Source: Nemertoderma westbladi
Lineage: Eukaryota > Animalia > Xenacoelomorpha
Assembly (NCBI GenBank): GCA_032718475.1
Contig: JAUCBJ010003043.1
Span: forward strand, 2,983-66,982
Reading direction: 5' to 3'
Length of the DNA: 64,000 nucleotides
The notes under the pieces are model-generated. The model was not told where the DNA came from. It saw nothing but the letters and a program-made list of their open reading frames with translations, and did no database searches. Numbering within the stretch: position 1 is the first letter of the stretch; each line of letters starts with the position of its first letter. Made by a program: the position numbers and the translations under genes. Of the stretch, positions 1 through 9,000 are shown piece by piece.

Positions 1-453
1 GGAATTGACATTGGTGCATCCGATGAGATTAAATGTAAATCCCCAAGTTCATCAATTTTAGCAAAGTTTCAGAACTGTATTTCTTTAAGTGAGCATTTGG
101 GCAATTATGGAATCTACAAGGAAATTCTTACTTGTGAAGGCATCGAAATACGCTGCATTTTATATCTAATCGGCCATGCTCTATGTCTTGGCTTTACCAA
201 TGACATCTTTGCTTTTCCCATTTTTTTTCGTATCGATCATATATTTATAACTTCTGAGGGGGACTTTAGACTGGTGTGTTCAAGACTTGAGACTATTGAT
301 TTCGATCACCACCTTCAGTCGTATCTTGTTGAGACTGCCAATGAAACAGAAATTTTTGTGATTGATGACATTGACAGGATAATTAGCCCATGGCCTTTAA
401 ATATAAGAAAACTAAATCAAAATAACTTTGTTTCATTGAGGCACCGTTTTTGA
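1..453 (+). CDS. C-terminal fragment of a probable EnSpm/CMC transposase (5'-partial)
   Basis: Frame +1 is open from base 1 (GIDIGASDEIKCKSPSSSILAKFQNCISLSEHLGNY...), so the track start at 97 is an internal TTG. The stop is TGA at 451-453. The pattern PIFFRIDHIFI...RLVCSRLETIDFDHHLQSYLVE...PWPL resembles the C-terminal tail of animal EnSpm transposases. The catalytic DDE region is not in the window. Confidence 0.65.
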   Translation, partial: GIDIGASDEIKCKSPSSSILAKFQNCISLSEHLGNYGIYKEILTCEGIEIRCILYLIGHALCLGFTNDIFAFPIFFRIDHIFITSEGDFRLVCSRLETIDFDHHLQSYLVETANETEIFVIDDIDRIISPWPLNIRKLNQNNFVSLRHRF

Positions 454-619
454 TTTGTAAAAGGTACCAGTACTATGTTAATGTATGTACACTTAACATC
501 ACTTTGCTTTCAAACTGTGTATAGCCTATATAGTTGCATTATTGGTACCGGTAATTGATAAATGTTTCAATTGGATTAGATCTCTGTTTGTTATATGATA
601 TAATAAGATACATTTGAAA

Positions 620-2176
620 ATGAAAGATTTAAGAGGATTTCTAAGAGGATATTGCAAAGAATGTGGTGAAGATGAGTGCTTCGACTATATAAAACCTGTT
701 GATGATACAGCAAGCCAAAACTGTACATATTGCCAATGCCCCCCTACAAAGCACATTAAGCAAATATTACATGTTAGTTCGCCTGATAGTGATGTTACTG
801 GTTCTTCAATTCTTAACCATGGTCCTGAGACCAATATGGGACTTTCTGTTGATATAAGCAATGTCTCCAGCTTTGAGCTTCCATTAGAAGCTAGCACCCC
901 ATGTGGTAAGAGCTCCAATGACGGGGCATCGAAACAACCTTCTGCTGAATATGAAAATATCAACACTCTGTCAAGATCAACATATACCGGTAGCGATTGT
1001 GAATCATCAAAGTTGCATCAATATCTAAAAACCTGTTCTGAAGGACGTGAGTTATTAAAGAGATGTGATTTAGCTCTAGGTGAATCCCAGAGAAATGTCC
1101 TAGTTTCTTTAGCAATTAGAAATGCGATGGATAATGACGACAGCCTTACACTCGATACCTTGGAGAGAATTGCTATTCAAATATCTCAACTCTTTACAAA
1201 GGAACATAAAGAGACTTACTTTTTCAAAAAGGCGGTTATCAAAAAGAACGGTGAGAAATCGTATGAAACACAAGTCCCATATGGAAAGTTGTACAACCGG
1301 TTCGTCACTGTAAAAAAGCGAGTTAGGTGTATTAATAAAATCGAAGATGGTGCCGCCAAGAAACATCAAGCTGTATCAAAAACGTCTACTGCTTTTACGG
1401 AATTTAGTTTGAAAGATCTATTTAAGGAAGCTGAGGATGATGTTAAGTTCATGGTCTACAATGGGTACAATTCTCAAAGGCACAAGAATACTTCAGTATA
1501 TCGTGTAGTTGGGTTTCAGCGTGATGTATTGGAGCTGAAAAATTTCCCATATATGATGGACAATTCTTTCATATATGACTGCATAACGTATGATTTCTCT
1601 ACGCTTCTGCAAGTTCGTGGGTGGAAAAATGTAAACACTAACGTTTTATTTGAATGCTCCTTTATTGATCTATGTCGATGTTTACTGCAGTCGTCCAAAG
1701 TAGATTGTGATGGTTTATCTGATGACGCTTTGGTGAAACGTGGTCTGCTACATCTTCCAGCAAAGCTTTGTAATAAAGTGACCGTTCGCGTTAAGGGGTC
1801 GGGGAGGCGATTTTGGCGGCCGTCTATTGCTGATGCTGCAGAATCCTTTGTTATGGCAGCGAAGGACCATGCAGAAATGGACACGAAAATAAATGATATG
1901 GCTACAAAATATCTGGATAAAGATCTTAAAATCAACCCGTTTGTTGTGTACCACTTAGATAGTGAGCAGGCGACTGTCATATACAACGACCAACGTTTTA
2001 TTCGCCCGTCGGTTGTTCAAGCTGTTGATCTAGCTTTCAAACTGGCGCATGTGTTTCATCTCGAATACCAATCAGCTTGTCTTCCAGTTTGGCTCTTCTT
2101 AGAACAGTTATTTGGGATACCGGCGAGTGGAATATCCTCGAAAGTATCAAGCCTCTTGTCTGATATTGGAATGTAA
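620..2176 (+). CDS. Transposon accessory protein (~518 aa): N-terminal Cys/His zinc-binding cluster, low-complexity linker, SAMD3-like C-terminal region
   Basis: Uninterrupted ORF with first ATG at 620 (the track start at 614 is TTG). It contains C-x2-C-x4-C-x14-C-x2-C-x-C-x4-H at 653-754, a central QRNVLV...IAIQISQLF..EHKETYF...GKLYNRF block, and C-terminal PFVV...AVDLAFKLAHVFHLEY...VWLFLEQLFGI. These blocks resemble the second ORF of animal EnSpm-type elements. Confidence 0.75.
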   Translation: MKDLRGFLRGYCKECGEDECFDYIKPVDDTASQNCTYCQCPPTKHIKQILHVSSPDSDVTGSSILNHGPETNMGLSVDISNVSSFELPLEASTPCGKSSNDGASKQPSAEYENINTLSRSTYTGSDCESSKLHQYLKTCSEGRELLKRCDLALGESQRNVLVSLAIRNAMDNDDSLTLDTLERIAIQISQLFTKEHKETYFFKKAVIKKNGEKSYETQVPYGKLYNRFVTVKKRVRCINKIEDGAAKKHQAVSKTSTAFTEFSLKDLFKEAEDDVKFMVYNGYNSQRHKNTSVYRVVGFQRDVLELKNFPYMMDNSFIYDCITYDFSTLLQVRGWKNVNTNVLFECSFIDLCRCLLQSSKVDCDGLSDDALVKRGLLHLPAKLCNKVTVRVKGSGRRFWRPSIADAAESFVMAAKDHAEMDTKINDMATKYLDKDLKINPFVVYHLDSEQATVIYNDQRFIRPSVVQAVDLAFKLAHVFHLEYQSACLPVWLFLEQLFGIPASGISSKVSSLLSDIGM

Positions 2177-2231
2177 ACAATATATGGTATCTGAATGTTC
2201 CACGTTTTAGTTTTCGCTATTTTAGTTTCCA

Positions 2232-2568
2232 CGTATAACCACTTTTATATATCACTTTTGCTTCCACAATTTCTCATGCTGTGATTTATCATGGCGCATT
2301 TTCTGCACCACAATTTTTTTAAATTAAATTTAATTGCGCATTAATTATTTTTATCAATAGTTCACAATAATATCAATATTCTAGAACATCGAATTATGGT
2401 ACATTGAAGTTAATGAAGTATCGTTTTACAAAAACTGTGGTACCGGTACAGAAAACATGACACAATTTATCATGGCACTAAATCACGCCATGAGAAATCA
2501 CGCTCACCGGAAATTGTGGCAGCAATGTGGTCTATATATTTCATTGAATACTGAAATGGTTGTTACGC
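2232..2568. repeat. Degenerate long inverted repeat downstream of the accessory ORF
   Basis: TTGCTTCCACAATTTC (2258-2273) pairs with GAAATTGTGGCAGCAA (2510-2525) with one mismatch. ATTTCTCATGCTGTGATTTA (2269-2288) pairs with TAAATCACGCCATGAGAAAT (2479-2498) with two mismatches. ATTTATCATGGC is directly repeated at 2284 and 2465. Confidence 0.55.
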
Positions 2569-2746
2569 ATAGTTAACTCAAATATATACTTCCACTGTGC
2601 TACATTAAAATTAAATTGTAAAATGTGTATCATATTTGAATATGAAAATGTGTAAATTGAAATCTGTATATAAAATGTGCTATTATAACATAATACCGAA
2701 AATATTATCAATAATTATAGTAAATGTTTTTTTATGTTTTTCAAAT

Positions 2747-2992
2747 ATAATCTACCCTAGTTTTATATACATTTTTTATTGGGTATTATTACAATATTGG
2801 CAAATTACGTAGACATCTAGGTAGTTTGACTACACAGATTATTATGCAGATTAATAAGTCAGCTGGTGAGGTTACCTAAATAATTTTGCATAATAACTCG
2901 ATAATCTAGGTATTTTACCAAGATTACCTAGTTAGTTCAAATGACAAGATAATCTAGTCAATCTGCCATGGTATCTTTCAGCACAATATTGG
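2747..2992. repeat. Subterminal short repeats of the transposon
   Basis: ATAATCTA(G) family at 2747, 2901 and 2949; ATCTAGGTA at 2815 and 2904; inverted TACCTAG at 2925; ACAATATTGG at 2791 and 2983; inverted pair TTATTATGCA (2839-2848) and TGCATAATAA (2887-2896). Confidence 0.55.
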
Positions 2993-3024
2993 ATGGATTA
3001 TCGTGTCAGTCTCTTAATTTTTTT

Positions 3025-3054
3025 TGGCAGTTTGCAAAGATAGTTTTTTGAGTG
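3025..3054 (-). repeat. Putative right terminal inverted repeat (5'-CACTCAAAAAACTATCTTTGCAAACTGCCA on the minus strand)
   Basis: A CACT-type terminus followed by an A-run lies exactly at the boundary between unique sequence and satellite. The partner TIR is outside the window, so the TIR length is unknown. Confidence 0.65.
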
Positions 3055-6000
3055 TAGTAAATGAGTAGGGGGAGAACGTAGAGGCATTCATAGTAAATGT
3101 ATGGAGGAGGGAATGAACGTAGAGGCATTCATAGTAAATGTATGGAGGAGGGAAAGAACGTAGAGGCATTCATAGTAAATGTATGGAGTAGGGAAAGAAC
3201 GTAGAGGCATTCATAGTAAATGTATGGAGTAGGGAGAGAACGTAGAGGCATTCATAGTAAATGTATGGAGGAGGGAAAGAACGTAGAGGCATTCATAGTA
3301 AATGAGTAGGGGGAGAACGTAGAGGCATTCATAGTAAATGTATGGAGGAGGGAATGAAGAACGTAGAGGCATTCATAGTAAATGTATGGAGTAGAGAAAG
3401 AACGTAGAGGCATTCATAGTAAATGTATGGAGTAGGGAAAGAACGTAGAGGCATTCATAGTAAATGTATGGAGGAGGGAAAGATCGTAGAGGCATTCATA
3501 GTAAATGTATGGAGGAGGGAATGAAGAACGTAGAGGCATTCATAGTAAATGTATGGAGTAGGGAAAGAACGTAGAGGCATTCATAGTAAATGTATGAAGG
3601 AGGGAAAGAACGTAGAGGCATTCATAGTAAATGTATGGAGTAGGGAAAGAACGTAGAGGCATTCATAGTAAATGTATGGAGTAGGGAAAGAAGAACGTAG
3701 AGGCATTCATAGTAAATGTATGGAGGAGGGAATGAAGAACGTAGAGGCATTCATAGTAAATGTATGGAGGAGGGAATGAAGAACGTAGAGGCATTCATAG
3801 TAAATGTATGGAGTAGGAAGAGAACGTAGAGGCATTCATAGTAAATGTATGGAGTAGGGAAAGAACGTAGAGGCATTCATAGTAAATGTATGGAGGAGGG
3901 AATGAAGAACGTAGAGGCATTCATAGTAAATGTATGGAGTAGGGAAAGATCGTAGAGGCATTCATAGTAAATGTATGGAGGAGGGAAAGAACGTAGAGGC
4001 ATTCATAGTAAATGTATGGAGGAGGGAATGAAGATCGTAGAGGCATTCATAGTAAATGTATGGAGGAGGGAAAGAACGTAGAGGCATTCATAGTAAATGT
4101 ATGGAGGAGGGAAAGAACGTAGAGGCATTCATAGTAAATGTATGGAGTAGGGAAAGAACGTAGAGGCATTCATAGTAAATGTATGGAGGAGGGAAAGATC
4201 GTAGAGGCATTCATAGTAAATGTATGGAGGAGGGAAAGATCGTAGAGGCATTCATAGTAAATGTATGGAGGAGGGAAAGAACGTAGAGGCATTCATAGTA
4301 AATGTATGGAGTAGGGAAAGAACGTAGAGGCATTCATAGTAAATGTATGGAGGAGGGAAAGAACGTAGAGGCATTCATAGTAAATGTATGGAGTAGGGAA
4401 AGAACGTAGAGGCATTCATAGTAAATGTATGGAGGAGGGAAAGAACGTAGAGGCATTCATAGTAAATGTATGGAGGAGGGAAAGATCGTAGAGGCATTCA
4501 TAGTAAATGTATGGAGTAGGGAAAGAACGTAGAGGCATTCATAGTAAATGTATGGAGGAGGGAAAGATCGTAGAGGCATTCATAGTAAATGTATGGAGGA
4601 GGGAATGAAGAACGTAGAGGCATTCATAGTAAATGTATGGAGTAGGGAAAGAACGTAGAGGCATTCATAGTAAATGTATGGAGGAGGGAAAGATCGTAGA
4701 GGCATTCATAGTAAATGTATGGAGGAGGGAAAGAACGTAGAGGCATTCATAGTAAATGTATGGAGTAGGGAAAGAACGTAGAGGCATTCATAGTAAATGT
4801 ATGGAGGAGGGAAAGAACGTAGAGGCATTCATAGTAAATGTATGGAGGAGGGAAAGATCGTAGAGGCATTCATAGTAAATGTATGGAGGAGGGAATGAAG
4901 AACGTAGAGGCATTCATAGTAAATGTATGGAGTAGGGAAAGAACGTAGAGGCATTCATAGTAAATGTATGGAGGAGGGAAAGATCGTAGAGGCATTCATA
5001 GTAAATGTATGGAGTAGGGAAAGAACGTAGAGGCATTCATAGTAAATGTATGGAGGAGGGAAAGATCGTAGAGGCATTCATAGTAAATGTATGGAGGAGG
5101 GAATGAAGAACGTAGAGGCATTCATAGTAAATGTATGGAGTAGGGAAAGAACGTAGAGGCATTCATAGTAAATGTATGGAGGAGGGAAAGATCGTAGAGG
5201 CATTCATAGTAAATGTATGGAGGAGGGAATGAAGAACGTAGAGGCATTCATAGTAAATGTATGGAGTAGGGAAAGAAGAACGTAGAGGCATTCATAGTAA
5301 ATGTATGGAGTAGGGAAAGATCGTAGAGGCATTCATAGTAAATGTATGGAGTAGGGAAAGAACGTAGAGGCATTCATAGTAAATGTATGGAGGAGGGAAA
5401 GATCGTAGAGGCATTCATAGTAAATGTATGGAGGAGGGAATGAAGAACGTAGAGGCATTCATAGTAAATGTATGGAGTAGGGAAAGAAGAACGTAGAGGC
5501 ATTCATAGTAAATGTAAGGAGTAGGGAAAGATCGTAGAGGCATTCATAGTAAATGTATGGAGGAGGGAAAGAACGTAGAGGCATTCATAGTAAATGTATG
5601 GAGGAGGGAAAGAACGTAGAGGCATTCATAGTAAATGTATGGAGGAGGGAAAGAACGTAGAGGCATTCATAGTAAATGAGTAGGGACGGAACGTAGAGGC
5701 ATTCATAGTAAATGTATGGAGAAGGGAAAGATCGTAGAGGCATTCATAGTAAATGTATGGAGGAGGGAATGAAGAACGTAGAGGCATTCATAGTAAATGT
5801 ATGGAGAAGGGAAAGATCGTAGAGGCATTCATAGTAAATGTATGGAGGAGGGAATGAAGAACGTAGAGGCATTCATAGTAAATGTATGGAGGAGGGAATG
5901 AAGAACGTAGAGGCATTCATAGTAAATGTATGGAGTAGGGAAAGAACGTAGAGGCATTCATAGTAAATGTATGGAGGAGGGAAAGAACGTAGAGGCATTC

Positions 6001-9000
6001 ATAGTAAATGTATGGAGAAGGGAAAGATCGTAGAGGCATTCATAGTAAATGTATGGAGTAGGGACGGAACGTAGAGGCATTCATAGTAAATGTATGGAGT
6101 AGGGACGGAACGTAGAGGCATTCATAGTAAATGTATGGAGAAGGGAAAGATCGTAGAGGCATTCATAGTAAATGTATGGAGAAGGGAAAGAACGTAGAGG
6201 CATTCATAGTAAATGTATGGAGTAGGGAGAGAACGTAGAGGCATTCATAGTAAATGTATGGAGGAGGGAATGAAGAACGTAGAGGCATTCATAGTAAATG
6301 TATGGAGGAGGGAATGAAGAACGTAGAGGCATTCATAGTAAATGTATGGAGGAGGGAATGAAGAACGTAGAGGCATTCATAGTAAATGTATGGAGAAGGG
6401 AAAGATCGTAGAGGCATTCATAGTAAATGTATGGAGGAGGGAATGAAGAACGTAGAGGCATTCATAGTAAATGTATGGAGTAGGGAAAGAACGTAGAGGC
6501 ATTCATAGTAAATGTATGGAGGAGGGAAAGAACGTAGAGGCATTCATAGTAAATGTATGGAGTAGGGAGAGATCGTAGAGGCATTCATAGTAAATGTATG
6601 GAGGAGGGAGAGAACGTAGAGGCATTCATAGTAAATGTATGGAGTAGGGAATGAACGTAGAGGCATTCATAGTAAATGTATGGAGGAGGGAAAGAACGTA
6701 GAGGCATTCATAGTAAATGTATGGAGGAGGGAATGAAGAACGTAGAGGCATTCATAGTAAATGTATGGAGGAGGGAATGAAGAACGTAGAGGCATTCATA
6801 GTAAATGTATGGAGGAGGGAATGAACGTAGAGGCATTCATAGTAAATGTATGGAGGAGGGAATGAACGTAGAGGCATTCATAGTAAATGTATGGAGGAGG
6901 GAATGAAGAACGTAGAGGCATTCATAGTAAATGTATGGAGGAGGGAATGAAGATCGTAGAGGCATTCATAGTAAATGTATGGAGGAGGGAAAGAACGTAG
7001 AGGCATTCATAGTAAATGTATGGAGGAGGGAAAGAACGTAGAGGCATTCATAGTAAATGTATGGAGGAGGGAATGAACGTAGAGGCATTCATAGTAAATG
7101 TATGGAGGAGGGAATGGAACGTAGAGGCATTCATAGTAAATGTATGGAGGAGGGAATGAAGAACGTAGAGGCATTCATAGTAAATGTATGGAGTAGGGAA
7201 AGAACGTAGAGGCATTCATAGTAAATGTATGGAGGAGGGAAAGAACGTAGAGGCATTCATAGTAAATGTATGGAGGAGGGAAGGAACGTAGAGGCATTCA
7301 TAGTAAATGTATGGAGAAGGGAAAGATCGTAGAGGCATTCATAGTAAATGTATGGAGGAGGGAATGAAGAACGTAGAGGCATTCATAGTAAATGTATGGA
7401 GTAGGGAAAGAACGTAGAGGCATTCATAGTAAATGTATGGAGGAGGGAAAGAACGTAGAGGCATTCATAGTAAATGTATGGAGGAGGGAAAGAACGTAGA
7501 GGCATTCATAGTAAATGTATGGAGGAGGGAAAGATCGTAGAGGCATTCATAGTAAATGTATGGAGTAGGGAAAGATCGTAGAGGCATTCATAGTAAATGT
7601 ATGGAGGAGGGAAAGAACGTAGAGGCATTCATAGTAAATGTATGGAGTAGGGAAAGAACGTAGAGGCATTCATAGTAAATGTATGGAGTAGGGAATGAAG
7701 AACGTAGAGGCATTCATAGTAAATGTATGGAGGAGGGAAAGATCGTAGAGGCATTCATAGTAAATGTATGGAGTAGGGAAAGATCGTAGAGGCATTCATA
7801 GTAAATGTATGGAGTAGGGAAAGAACGTAGAGGCATTCATAGTAAATGTATGGAGTAGGGAAAGATCGTAGAGGCATTCATAGTAAATGTATGGAGTAGG
7901 GAAAGAACGTAGAGGCATTCATAGTAAATGTATGGAGTAGGGAATGAAGAACGTAGAGGCATTCATAGTAAATGTATGGAGGAGGGAAAGAACGTAGAGG
8001 CATTCATAGTAAATGTATGGAGTAGGGAAAGATCGTAGAGGCATTCATAGTAAATGTATGGAGTAGGGAAAGAACGTAGAGGCATTCATAGTAAATGTAT
8101 GGAGTAGGGAATGAAGAACGTAGAGGCATTCATAGTAAATGTATGGAGGAGGGAAAGATCGTAGAGGCATTCATAGTAAATGTATGGAGGAGGGAATGAA
8201 GAACGTAGAGGCATTCATAGTAAATGTATGGAGTAGGGAAAGAAGAACGTAGAGGCATTCATAGTAAATGTATGGAGTAGGGAAAGAACGTAGAGGCATT
8301 CATAGTAAATGTATGGAGTAGGGAAAGAACGTAGAGGCATTCATAGTAAATGTATGGAGGAGGGACGGAACGTAGAGGCATTCATAGTAAATGTATGGAG
8401 TAGGGAAAGAACGTAGAGGCATTCATAGTAAATGTATGGAGTAGGGAAAGAACGTAGAGGCATTCATAGTAAATGTATGGAGTAGGGAAAGAACGTAGAG
8501 GCATTCATAGTAAATGTATGGAGTAGGGAAAGAACGTAGAGGCATTCATAGTAAATGTATGGAGTAGGGAAAGAACGTAGAGGCATTCATAGTAAATGTA
8601 TGGAGTAGGGAAAGAACGTAGAGGCATTCATAGTAAATGTATGGAGTAGGGAAAGAACGTAGAGGCATTCATAGTAAATGTATGGAGTAGGGAAAGAACG
8701 TAGAGGCATTCATAGTAAATGTATGGAGTAGGGAAAGAACGTAGAGGCATTCATAGTAAATGTATGGAGTAGGGAAAGAACGTAGAGGCATTCATAGTAA
8801 ATGTATGGAGTAGGGAAAGAACGTAGAGGCATTCATAGTAAATGTATGGAGTAGGGAAAGAACGTAGAGGCATTCATAGTAAATGTATGGAGTAGGGAGA
8901 GAACGTAGAGGCATTCATAGTAAATGTATGGAAGGAGGGAAAGAACGTAGAGGCATTCATAGTAAATGTATGGAGTAGGGAAAGAAGAACGTAGAGGCAT

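Larger units (their letters stand above)
1..3054 (+). mobile_element. 3' portion of a putative CMC/EnSpm (CACTA superfamily) DNA transposon, truncated by the window start
   Basis: Two co-oriented ORFs resemble the transposase C-terminus and accessory protein of animal EnSpm elements. An AT-rich subterminal region with short direct and inverted repeats follows. Unique sequence ends sharply at ...TAGTTTTTTGAGTG (reverse complement CACTCAAAAAACTA), followed by TA and satellite. Confidence 0.75.

Noticed and set aside
97-453. Stand-alone 118-aa gene as given in the ORF track
   Set aside because: The start is a TTG inside a frame already open from base 1, so it is the tail of a longer ORF.
685-1986. 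Five short ORFs overlapping the 518-aa ORF (antisense or alternate frame)
   Set aside because: They are shadow ORFs of the main coding sequence with no recognisable motifs.
2717-2727. ATAGTAAATGT in the transposon subterminal region matching the satellite core (satellite derived from the element?)
   Set aside because: It is only 11 AT-rich bases with no similarity in the flanks, which is compatible with chance.
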